Positions 31,421 through 40,249 of a stretch of 64,000 nt of DNA are shown in pieces; within the stretch, counting starts at the first letter, position 1; the number at the start of each line of letters is the position of its first letter. This stretch comes from Leptospira sp. Its GTDB lineage: Bacteria; Spirochaetota; Leptospiria; Leptospirales; Leptospiraceae. The notes under the pieces were generated by a model. That model saw only the letters and a program-made list of their open reading frames with translations, was not told the origin of the DNA and did not search any database. The stretch is taken from NCBI GenBank assembly GCA_034439575.1, contig JAWXAQ010000033.1:96001-160000 (forward strand), read 5' to 3'. A program made the position numbers and the translations under genes.

Positions 31421-33151
31421 ATGGTTATGAACCGTAAGTACTCTATATTGAGTTCTATTTTGGTCGGTGCAAGTGCACTGATTCCATTTTTGTATTTTAT
31501 TATTTATGTAAATGATCCATTGGGTGAAAATTTTCCCATATTTCTTGGGCTCAGTTTGCAAGTATATATTGGTTTTTCTGCATTTATGCTTGTACTGTCC
31601 TATGAGACTATTCATGCAAACCGTGTATCTTTAGGTTATGCGATCTTTTGGTCTTCGTTAGGTGTTTGTTATTTGGCGGGCAAATCAGTTTTGTTACCTG
31701 TTGCTCTTGAGATCGCATCCTTTTCTACGATCATTATTTATTCAGGAACAGAATTTGGTAAAAAGCAAATCGAGAGTTTAGGGGCTCTATTATTGGCTTC
31801 TGGGATTTCTGCGCTTTTTCTTTCTGCATGGGTCTTTTTGCCGGAATCCGATCCTAGAGGACTTATATTTTTAACTATTGGATTAATGGTTAAATCAGGA
31901 TTTTCCGGATTTCATATCTGGTTACCTAAAGTCAATGAAGGTGGGCCATCACACGCCTTGGGTTCGTTTGCTGGTGCTCTCGAAATATTCCCACTTTTAT
32001 TATTTAGTAAGTATGTATTGCCTTTCTATTCAGATACAAACCTCTATAGCATAATGTTTCCTTTAGCTGCCATGGGAGTTTTTTTTGGAGGCATAACATC
32101 CTTTTTTCATAAGGACCCAAAAAAAGCATTGGCTTATAGTTCCATTGAATCTATCAATTTTCTTTGGTTATGTCTTTCTACATCTGGTTTGTTCCAAGGA
32201 AGTCTAGATACTGATTTAAAATTTCTCAGCAATTCATTTTACATTCTGTTTTTCATTAGTTTATTACATCATTCTTTTTCAAAAACGTTCCAACTTTTTT
32301 CCATCGGACTTGTGGCAAGGTTGAGAAACTCAAGTTCTGCCGATGAAATGAAGGGAATCGGCAGGTATATTGGTATATCACCATTATGGATGGGGATCGG
32401 TACTTTCAGTTATGCGGTGATACCAGGTACAATTGGATTTGTTTCGGAGGCTACTTATTTATTTTTGAATGCCCGAATATTGGACATGCCACTTGGAAGA
32501 TCAGTGTTTTTGCTACCAGCTATGATTTTTATATTTTTTGGTATAGTGTTAGGTGGTTTTACACATATAAAATTATTTTTAAGTTTGTTTCTTTCTTTTC
32601 CAGATAAAAATATAACATTACCAGAGTGGAGTAAGGAACAAAAACTATGGGTTTTTATTTCCCTTGGAAGTTTAGCTTTGATGATTTTGTCCATCCCCAT
32701 CGCCTTACCGTTTATATTAAAAATTCCATCTCTTTCAAAGTATACAGATCCAATCCTAATGCAATGGATTCAGAGTTTATCCTTAGTCTCTAGCATAACT
32801 CTTATTTTTGTAATAAGTTTGGTTATGTTTCGTTGGGCCCACAAAATTCAAAGTAGGAAGTATTGGGACTGTGGAAATAGTTATTTTGGGTCAGAACTTT
32901 CTATCCCAGCCTCTGTTTTTTCAGAACCTCTCAGAAATTCCCTAGGAAGATATTTTTTAACAAAGGAAGGCCTTTCGATTATAGATCAAAGTTTTTTCAA
33001 ATTTTTTAAAAAGTTCTTAGATATTGGTGAATTTGTAATTCAAAAAGAGGATCATCACGATGAAGAAGTTAGTAAATATTTAGCCATCTCATCTGTATTT
33101 TTAATATTGATTCTCGCCATACTAATATTAGGTGATTGGGGGAAATTTTAA
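31421..33151 (+). CDS. HyfB-like (NuoL/MrpA family) antiporter subunit of a hydrogenase-4-like complex
   Basis: KSG..GFHIWLP, KKALAYSSIE, HHSFSK, GFVSE, YWDCG (start may be ATG 31427). Confidence 0.85.
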   Translation: MVMNRKYSILSSILVGASALIPFLYFIIYVNDPLGENFPIFLGLSLQVYIGFSAFMLVLSYETIHANRVSLGYAIFWSSLGVCYLAGKSVLLPVALEIASFSTIIIYSGTEFGKKQIESLGALLLASGISALFLSAWVFLPESDPRGLIFLTIGLMVKSGFSGFHIWLPKVNEGGPSHALGSFAGALEIFPLLLFSKYVLPFYSDTNLYSIMFPLAAMGVFFGGITSFFHKDPKKALAYSSIESINFLWLCLSTSGLFQGSLDTDLKFLSNSFYILFFISLLHHSFSKTFQLFSIGLVARLRNSSSADEMKGIGRYIGISPLWMGIGTFSYAVIPGTIGFVSEATYLFLNARILDMPLGRSVFLLPAMIFIFFGIVLGGFTHIKLFLSLFLSFPDKNITLPEWSKEQKLWVFISLGSLALMILSIPIALPFILKIPSLSKYTDPILMQWIQSLSLVSSITLIFVISLVMFRWAHKIQSRKYWDCGNSYFGSELSIPASVFSEPLRNSLGRYFLTKEGLSIIDQSFFKFFKKFLDIGEFVIQKEDHHDEEVSKYLAISSVFLILILAILILGDWGKF

Positions 33152-34035
33152 TGAATATTAATCCAATTATTATAATTTTTTACCAGTGTCTGATATTTTT
33201 TGTCCTTCCTTTAATCTTGGGTGGAATCGTTCGCAAAGTCAGAGCACAAACGCAAGGACGAAAAGGTTCAAGTATCTTTCAGGTTTTTTACGAAGTACGA
33301 AAGTATCTAATGAAAAAACCAATAGATAATCCGAATTCTGGAATATTTGCAGAATTGTCCCCAATGATAGCAGTATATGCGGCTCTTATGTTATGGTCTA
33401 TTGTGATTTTCGAATGGGCACCATTCATATTGATACCATTTTTCCTTGCTCTCTATAGATTCTGTTATGTGAGTTTTGCTATGGAGAGCGGGACATCATT
33501 TGGGGGCTTAGGTGCGAGTCGAGAAATCCTTTTATCTGTAATGGCGGAACCGACAATCATTTTAATGATACTCGCCGCACAGTCCCATATCGAACTGTCT
33601 CTTACTCCCGTTGGTGCTTTAATTGGTTTATTATTTTTGGGACTTTCCTTTATTGCGATACTTGCTGAACTCGCCAAACCTCCATTTGATGATCCAAGAA
33701 CTCATTTGGAATTAACTATGGTACATGAGGCAATGATACTTGAAGCCTCAGGTAAAACTATGGGATACCTTGAGCTTGCAAGTCAAATTAAATTATCCGC
33801 CTTACTCGCATTTCTAATTAAATTAGCATTAGAACATTCGAAATTGTTTCCCATTGGTGAATTCGGAAATTTGAGTAGAGAGTTATTGGTTTTACCTGGA
33901 ACAATTGCTCTTGCGGTATTACTTGGTTTTTGGGAGGCCGATAGCGTTAGGCGGAAGTGGACTTGGGTTCCGGAATTTATGGGATTATCTTTTTTGGCAA
34001 TTTTAATATTAGGGACATTGGTTAAATTGTCCTAA
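33151..34035 (+). CDS. HyfC/NuoH-like membrane subunit
   Basis: RKVRA..QGR.G, GLGASRE, PFDDP.THLELTMVHEAMILEASG. Confidence 0.9.
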   Translation: MNINPIIIIFYQCLIFFVLPLILGGIVRKVRAQTQGRKGSSIFQVFYEVRKYLMKKPIDNPNSGIFAELSPMIAVYAALMLWSIVIFEWAPFILIPFFLALYRFCYVSFAMESGTSFGGLGASREILLSVMAEPTIILMILAAQSHIELSLTPVGALIGLLFLGLSFIAILAELAKPPFDDPRTHLELTMVHEAMILEASGKTMGYLELASQIKLSALLAFLIKLALEHSKLFPIGEFGNLSRELLVLPGTIALAVLLGFWEADSVRRKWTWVPEFMGLSFLAILILGTLVKLS

Positions 34036-34044
34036 GGAAAATAT

Positions 34045-34656
34045 ATGTTATACGACTTTATATATCTCATACTGTTTCTTTCTGGTGTAGTCGTCTTAGT
34101 TGAAAATCGCCTTCATCGAATTACACTTTTTTTAAGTCTGCAGGGAATGTTATTGATCTTTCCTGTTTTGCAAACACACGAAGGAGATTTATTTCATTCG
34201 CTCGGTTTAATTACTTTGGTAGTATTATTCAAAGGAATTTTAACACCTATGATTTTAAATTGGACTGCCAAAAAATCCCAAATGAGAGAGAGCACTGTAC
34301 CAAGGTTTGGTTATTTGGCTACTTTGTTGTTTTTGGTTCTAGGCCTTATATTTGCAGTCAAAATTACTGAAGGTGTTAAGGAGTTATCTATACCTGTTCA
34401 TAAGATTGGTTTAATCTATGTTATACTGATGATTTATGTCGGAGTTCTCTGTTTTATCGTGAGGAGCAATTGGCTCGCATTGATAGCCGGGTTTTGTGTA
34501 TTTGAAAATGGCATCTTTGTATTAACGCTTGTTTTAGATAAAGGACTCCCCTTTGGATTAGAATTTGGCTCCTTTCTCGATGCAGTGCTTGTGATTGTAT
34601 CGGGCGGTATTTTGCAACTTTCTCCACATATGCATCCCAAAGGAGATAAACAATGA
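34045..34656 (+). CDS. HyfE-like membrane subunit
   Basis: LQG, KG..P, FENG, E.G..LD motifs; operon position. Confidence 0.85.
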   Translation: MLYDFIYLILFLSGVVVLVENRLHRITLFLSLQGMLLIFPVLQTHEGDLFHSLGLITLVVLFKGILTPMILNWTAKKSQMRESTVPRFGYLATLLFLVLGLIFAVKITEGVKELSIPVHKIGLIYVILMIYVGVLCFIVRSNWLALIAGFCVFENGIFVLTLVLDKGLPFGLEFGSFLDAVLVIVSGGILQLSPHMHPKGDKQ

Positions 34657-35870
34657 GCCAGAATATTTTTTTTATAACAGGTCTTTATTGTTTTTTTGTA
34701 GTATTCGGAATATTTATTTTCGCACCAACGAAAGGGCAAACAAGAATTTGGTTATGGTCCATCTTGAAAATATTTTTCTTCGGTGCTCTTTTTTCTTCGT
34801 GGTTCACAGAAAATATTGTGCTTAAATGGATTTTAATTGAAGCATCAACTTTATTTGGGTCACTTCTGATTTCATCCAGTGGAACCGAACGATCTTTCCA
34901 AGTGGGATGGAAATTTTTACTTATCAATTCATACGGATTAGGCATAGCTTTCCTTGGCATTGTGATTTTATTGTTTGCCTCAAAGCCATTAGATAGTTTG
35001 GATTTTTCTGCCTTAAAAATTGGCCTGGAAGGACAGTCTAGTTTGTTAGTTGAGACTGCTCTCTTATTATCTGTCTATGGATACAGTGCTAAATTGGGTC
35101 TTGTACCAAATCATTTTTGGGTAGGGGATACATATGCCGAAAGTCCAAGTCAGATATCATCGCTTATCGCATCTTTTGTGCCGGTGTCTGTGGCTCTTGC
35201 TTTAAGACCTCTCATCCAATTGGAAAAAGAAATAAATCCTTCTATCATTAATTCAGCAAATGGATTATTATTCATGGGTATTTTAACTATACTCTATGCG
35301 ACTTGGATTTTGCATAGAAGGGATGATATAAGAAGGATCGCTGCCAAAGTCGCATTATTTCATACAGGAATGTTGGCCGTATTTTTATGGTTAGATGTCA
35401 ATGACCAAGTATTCTATTTTTTACTTTCTTCTACTTTGATAGTGAAACTCTTAATCTTTGTTTCAATGGGAATATTAAGAATGGATTCTGGAAAGAGAAT
35501 GATCGCTCAAATCGTTGACTTACCATTTATAAATCAAAAATCTTTTTACGGATACTTTATCGCTTTAATTATCGCCTTTGTATTTCCTCTTTCTCCGGTA
35601 TTTATTTTGGATATGGAAATTATTAAAACGAGTTTATTTCAAAATAAGTTATGGTTGTTTAGTTTTCCTCTAATGGGATTGATTTTTTTCTATATTGCTC
35701 TAAACAAAATTTTACCAATCATCCGAGTCAAAAATAGAGAATTTGAATTGGTTCATAAACGAGTGTTACGGATCAGGTTGGGATTTTTGATTTTAAGTAT
35801 TGTCGTATCATTGGTGATAGGTGGACTTGGGATGTATTCCTTGATTACGAATGGAGGATATCATGTCTAA
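34653..35870 (+). CDS. HyfF-like (NuoN/MrpD family) antiporter subunit
   Basis: WILIEASTL, WKFLLI, GYSAKLGLVPNHFW..DTYAESP. Confidence 0.87.
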   Translation: MSQNIFFITGLYCFFVVFGIFIFAPTKGQTRIWLWSILKIFFFGALFSSWFTENIVLKWILIEASTLFGSLLISSSGTERSFQVGWKFLLINSYGLGIAFLGIVILLFASKPLDSLDFSALKIGLEGQSSLLVETALLLSVYGYSAKLGLVPNHFWVGDTYAESPSQISSLIASFVPVSVALALRPLIQLEKEINPSIINSANGLLFMGILTILYATWILHRRDDIRRIAAKVALFHTGMLAVFLWLDVNDQVFYFLLSSTLIVKLLIFVSMGILRMDSGKRMIAQIVDLPFINQKSFYGYFIALIIAFVFPLSPVFILDMEIIKTSLFQNKLWLFSFPLMGLIFFYIALNKILPIIRVKNREFELVHKRVLRIRLGFLILSIVVSLVIGGLGMYSLITNGGYHV

Positions 35871-37290
35871 ACCGACTGGCTTATTCTTTAATAAAAAAGA
35901 TCAATCATTCTATCAATTTCTATTGCTTGACCAAAAAATAAGTATGAAGAAAATTTCTGGAAAAAGAAGTCCCATCGATTTTCTTATGGATGAGAATTAC
36001 CCCATTTGGATACTTCGGCATTCCTTAGGTAAAGATATGGGACCGGAAGATTATTCCCATTTAACAGAAGCAGATTATCTCACTGAAAAAAGAAGTAAAG
36101 TATTAGGATTGCACCAACGCTCTGGATCTATTAGGGATTTATTTTTTCATGGAATCAATGTTCCTTGTAATGATAATTCATATTCGCATGCTGTTGGGCC
36201 AATACACGCAGGGATTATCGAACCAGGTCATTTTAGATTTGTGGTTGAAGGTGAAATGATACATCACCTAACAATAAGGCTTGGATTTCAAAATAGAGAT
36301 TTGCAGGCGAGTATTCATCAATCGGATACAAAAAAAATCATGCATATTTCTGAGGCGATTTCCGGAGATTCTTCTATTAGTTATGCTTTAGTTTTTTCAA
36401 AAATATTCGAAGAAGCAGCCAGAATCAAAATTTCAAAATCTGTTTCCTTGTTTCGATCTATCTTGGTCGAAATCGAACGTATTGCCATACATATTGGAGA
36501 TTTAGGTGGGCTTTCAGAAGATATTGGATATTATCCATTGTATGGTGTTTGTGTAACAGATAGAGGTGCAGCTCTTGGATTAATGGAAAATTGGACAGGA
36601 AATAGATTTGGTAAAGGAGCCATTCGTCCTGGTGGGGTTCGAGTTAATCGTAGAATTAGTGTTAAAGATGCTATGCTAGCGTTTGAATCTTTGAAAAAAA
36701 CATTTGTGAAAAACATTGAACCACAAATCGAGCGGGCATTAGTTGATTCTACCATTAAAGAAAGATTGCAAGGTTGTGGTCCAATCACAAAAGATGAAAT
36801 AAAAAAGAATGGATTTGTGGGTCAGACAGCCAGATGTGCAGGTGAATTAATCGACCTTCGTATCGCAGACGATAATTATCCAAACTGGAAATCATTACCC
36901 ATAGAAGAAGATCAGGTTAATTATTCTGGGGATGCATGGGCTAGATTTTATTTAAGATACAACGAGATAAAACAATCCTTAGACTGGATAAATCGCACAC
37001 TTCCAGAGATAAATTGGGATGATCTTTGGTCAGATGAACAAAATAATAAGACAAATAAAACTTATCCCCTACAAGCTGGAATTTATTATAACACGGTAGA
37101 ATCTTGGCGTGGTCCAATTCTTGTATCCTTGCTGATTGATGAATTGGGAAAAGTTACTGATTCCTATATCAGGGACCCTTCGGTTTTGAATTGGCATGCA
37201 CTTGAACTTGCTGTAAGAGGTGAGTTAATCGGAGATTTCCCATTGAACAACAAATCGTTTAATTTAAGTTACGCTGGATTTGATTTATGA
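35863..37290 (+). CDS. HyfG/NuoD-like large subunit lacking NiFe cysteines (EhrL type)
   Basis: VGPIHAGIIEPGHFRF, EIERIAIH, GDAWARF, VESWRG, RDPS, DFPLNNKSFNLSYAG; GGAGG SD. Confidence 0.9.
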   Translation: MSKPTGLFFNKKDQSFYQFLLLDQKISMKKISGKRSPIDFLMDENYPIWILRHSLGKDMGPEDYSHLTEADYLTEKRSKVLGLHQRSGSIRDLFFHGINVPCNDNSYSHAVGPIHAGIIEPGHFRFVVEGEMIHHLTIRLGFQNRDLQASIHQSDTKKIMHISEAISGDSSISYALVFSKIFEEAARIKISKSVSLFRSILVEIERIAIHIGDLGGLSEDIGYYPLYGVCVTDRGAALGLMENWTGNRFGKGAIRPGGVRVNRRISVKDAMLAFESLKKTFVKNIEPQIERALVDSTIKERLQGCGPITKDEIKKNGFVGQTARCAGELIDLRIADDNYPNWKSLPIEEDQVNYSGDAWARFYLRYNEIKQSLDWINRTLPEINWDDLWSDEQNNKTNKTYPLQAGIYYNTVESWRGPILVSLLIDELGKVTDSYIRDPSVLNWHALELAVRGELIGDFPLNNKSFNLSYAGFDL

Positions 37291-38102
37291 GACAACTATT
37301 AGAAATCACAAATTTTTTCTCAAAAAACCAGACTATGGACTGGGATAATGCAGCATTGGTTCATCCGAAAAATAGAGGGATCCCTACACCCACAAAAAAA
37401 ATGTTAGGTGGATGTAATGAATGTGCTTCTTGCATAACTTCCTGCCCGACGATGGCTATCGAAAAAAAATCAAATACATTAATCCAATTTGATTATGGTG
37501 CCTGCATTCAATGTGGTGAATGTGTTTCCCATTGTCCTGATCAAAAATTAAAAAACTCTGGTTTCAACTATGTTTTTAGTAAACATAGGGATGACTTGGT
37601 TGTAAATTACGAAGCTGGCGCACTCGTTTGGAAAGATACGACAGAAGATTCAGACAATCATAAACAATTTCAAAAATTGACTAAATCCAATGGATTTTTA
37701 TACAGAGAAGTAGCCGCCGGTGGAAATAATTCGGCAGAGTGTGAATTGAATGCTTCTTTTAATTCTGTTTTTGATTCAGAACGAGAGGGTGTTCGCTGTG
37801 TTGCGAGCCCTAAACATGCGGATGCAATTGTTTACTCGGGACCCATTTCCAAAAATATGGAAGGTCCCCTAAATGACGCATTTGCCGTCATAGCAGAACC
37901 GAAAGCCTTGATCGCCTGCGGAACTGAGGCCATAAGTGGTGGTTTATTTAAACTAGGGAAACAACCCAAGGTACCAGATTTATTTATTGGAGGTGATCCT
38001 CCGAGGCCTGATGTGATTCTGCAGGCCTTCCGTTATTTAATGGGAAGATTTTCTTTTTCTTTCCAAGAGGCGCTTCACAAATTTTTGCAATCTGAAAAAT
38101 AA
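37287..38102 (+). CDS. Fused 2x[4Fe-4S] ferredoxin (HyfH/NuoI-like) and NuoB/HyfI-like small subunit
   Basis: CNECASCITSCP and CIQCGECVSHCP; SPKHAD, EPK, AISGG, GDPPRP. Confidence 0.88.
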   Translation: MRQLLEITNFFSKNQTMDWDNAALVHPKNRGIPTPTKKMLGGCNECASCITSCPTMAIEKKSNTLIQFDYGACIQCGECVSHCPDQKLKNSGFNYVFSKHRDDLVVNYEAGALVWKDTTEDSDNHKQFQKLTKSNGFLYREVAAGGNNSAECELNASFNSVFDSEREGVRCVASPKHADAIVYSGPISKNMEGPLNDAFAVIAEPKALIACGTEAISGGLFKLGKQPKVPDLFIGGDPPRPDVILQAFRYLMGRFSFSFQEALHKFLQSEK

Positions 38103-38107
38103 GGTAT

Positions 38108-39343
38108 GTGCAATTAGAAAAAGAAGAAATCGTTCGTATTCTATTTATCGAACCAGACAAAAAGTCCCATGACATCTTGGTTGGTTTGTTAAAAGACTGG
38201 TTCCAAGATTACGTAGAAATTGTTTGGCGGTCTATTTATGAAAATGGGATCACTGAATTAAAAAAAGGCAATTTTGATTTAATCATATCTGAAGTGATTT
38301 TTCCTGAAAGAGATGATACCGAGGAAGTGGTGTTAATTGATCTTTCGGAAGTTGCTGGACGGCATGAAGTTCCCATAGTCATATTTTCAAATTCGACTGA
38401 CAAAAGTTTACCGATATTATCTTTCCAATTGGGCATAAGCGAATTTTTTCCAAAGAAAAGGATCGATAAATCTTTAATCGAACATCGCATCCGTAATTTA
38501 TTCCGAGAAATCTATCGCAAAAAAGTAATTTCGATTCAAATGGATGATTCTTTTAGAAGATTTCAAGAAATGTATGGCATGAACCAAACAGAGATTCAAG
38601 ATTTGAATACTCTTGTTAAAAAATTTAAACAAGACTTAGAAAAAGAATACGAAGAAAAATTAAAATTAGAATTTGAAAAAAAGAAAATGCAAAACGTATT
38701 CGGGATGTATGTAGATCCTGTAGTTGTTGAAAGTATAATGAACAATTCATTTTCATTGGACCAAAAAGGGCATGTTCAAGAAGTATCTGTAATTTTTTCG
38801 GATATACGTGGTTATACGACTCTTTCAGAAAAACAAAAACCAGACCAAGTCATATCTTTTTTAAATGAATACTTTACTGCTATGACTGAAGTGATCCTCG
38901 GTTATGGAGGTATGATCGACAAGTATATTGGTGATTCCATCATGTGTTTGTTTGGTGCTCCCATATTCCAAGAAGAACATAGGCAAAACGCATTGGACTG
39001 CGCCATAGAAATGGTACAAGTTTTTCAGTTATGGCAACCAAAATGGCAAGAGATTTATGGATTCACGCCTGAGCTTGGTATTGGGATTGCTTCGGGCAAT
39101 GCTATTGTTGGTAACGTTGGTTCCTTCCAAAAATTATCTTATACCGCAGTCGGTGATACTGTCAATATGGCGAGTCGCTTAGAATCAATGGCAAAACCTA
39201 TGCATGTATATGTATCTGAGGGTTTGTATAATTATTTGCCAGAAAGTTATGCTTCAAAGTACATTTATGAAGAATTGGAACCTGTAAAGATCAAAGGCAA
39301 AGAAGGATTGCACCGAATATTAAGTGTGAAGCCTCTCGCCTAA
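38108..39343 (+). CDS. Receiver-like domain + coiled coil + class III adenylate cyclase
   Basis: ILFIE...FDLIISE receiver fold; FSDIRGYT, DKYIGD, YTAVGDTVNMASRLE, IKGK. Confidence 0.9.
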   Translation: MQLEKEEIVRILFIEPDKKSHDILVGLLKDWFQDYVEIVWRSIYENGITELKKGNFDLIISEVIFPERDDTEEVVLIDLSEVAGRHEVPIVIFSNSTDKSLPILSFQLGISEFFPKKRIDKSLIEHRIRNLFREIYRKKVISIQMDDSFRRFQEMYGMNQTEIQDLNTLVKKFKQDLEKEYEEKLKLEFEKKKMQNVFGMYVDPVVVESIMNNSFSLDQKGHVQEVSVIFSDIRGYTTLSEKQKPDQVISFLNEYFTAMTEVILGYGGMIDKYIGDSIMCLFGAPIFQEEHRQNALDCAIEMVQVFQLWQPKWQEIYGFTPELGIGIASGNAIVGNVGSFQKLSYTAVGDTVNMASRLESMAKPMHVYVSEGLYNYLPESYASKYIYEELEPVKIKGKEGLHRILSVKPLA

Positions 39344-39345
39344 TA

Positions 39346-40188
39346 TTATAAAGTCGAACAAAACTGATATAATTCGTTGTTTGTGATCTTTGTTCCATAA
39401 CTTTCTGTGAGCGGAGGCGTTTGTTCTTTGTTAAGTGAGAATATTTCCTGATAAGATTCAAACAATGAATCAGTATCCGATTCTTTTTTCCCGTGGTTTG
39501 TTAACTTTGCCACAACAGAACCAAATCCTATCAATTGGGATAGCAGGGATTGTTCTTTTGGTGGTTTTGCTTTCTCTTCAATGACTTGGATGATTTGGGC
39601 TGGAAGTTTCCAAAGTTTTGCGGCTTCTGTGCCCATTTCGATGGAGTCAACACCGAACGCATTTTTTTCTAGTTCAAGAAATGATTTGTCCGAAGTTTGA
39701 AATTCAGTCAATATTTCCACGTACTTAGGTCTATCGATTGTATTGAGAACGATTTTTCCCAAATCTTGCATGAGACCACAAGTGAGAGAATGTTCAGCTT
39801 CTTTTTTCAGTTTTTTTTCTTCGCAAAGAAATTGCGCGATGATACCTTTTGCAATGGAGTGATCCCATACTTCATCTTTGAATTTTTTATAATTTCCCTG
39901 ACTGAAAAGAGAGTCAGTCATAGACATTGCCACCATTGACCTAACAGTTTTAAATCCAAGTCGTGTGATCACTTGTTTCATATTGGCAATGGGATTTCCC
40001 CGAGAAAAGAATGGCGAATTTGCCAATTTTAAAAGTCGAGCTACGAGCACTTGGTCCGATTGGACTTTATTTTCCAATTCCCCAAATCCCATTTCATTAT
40101 CATCATTGAGTGAAAGAATAGAAATGAGGACGGGGGGAACGATCGTAAGGTCTTTGATTTGGGAAAGGTAGTCGGAAACTGTTGGCAT
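39346..40188 (-). CDS. HDOD domain protein
   Basis: DQVLVARLLKLANSPFF, RLG, W.HS, GLMQDLGK, WKLP. Confidence 0.9.
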   Translation of the reverse strand: MPTVSDYLSQIKDLTIVPPVLISILSLNDDNEMGFGELENKVQSDQVLVARLLKLANSPFFSRGNPIANMKQVITRLGFKTVRSMVAMSMTDSLFSQGNYKKFKDEVWDHSIAKGIIAQFLCEEKKLKKEAEHSLTCGLMQDLGKIVLNTIDRPKYVEILTEFQTSDKSFLELEKNAFGVDSIEMGTEAAKLWKLPAQIIQVIEEKAKPPKEQSLLSQLIGFGSVVAKLTNHGKKESDTDSLFESYQEIFSLNKEQTPPLTESYGTKITNNELYQFCSTL

Positions 40189-40249
40189 AGTAAACTCTTA
40201 ATACCAGTTTCCTATGACAACATTATGGGTAAAACAAAAAGTCTTTAAC

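Noticed and set aside
35863-37290. Calling the operon a NiFe hydrogenase or formate hydrogenlyase
   Set aside because: Both CxxC metal-binding motifs are absent and no maturation genes are present in the window.
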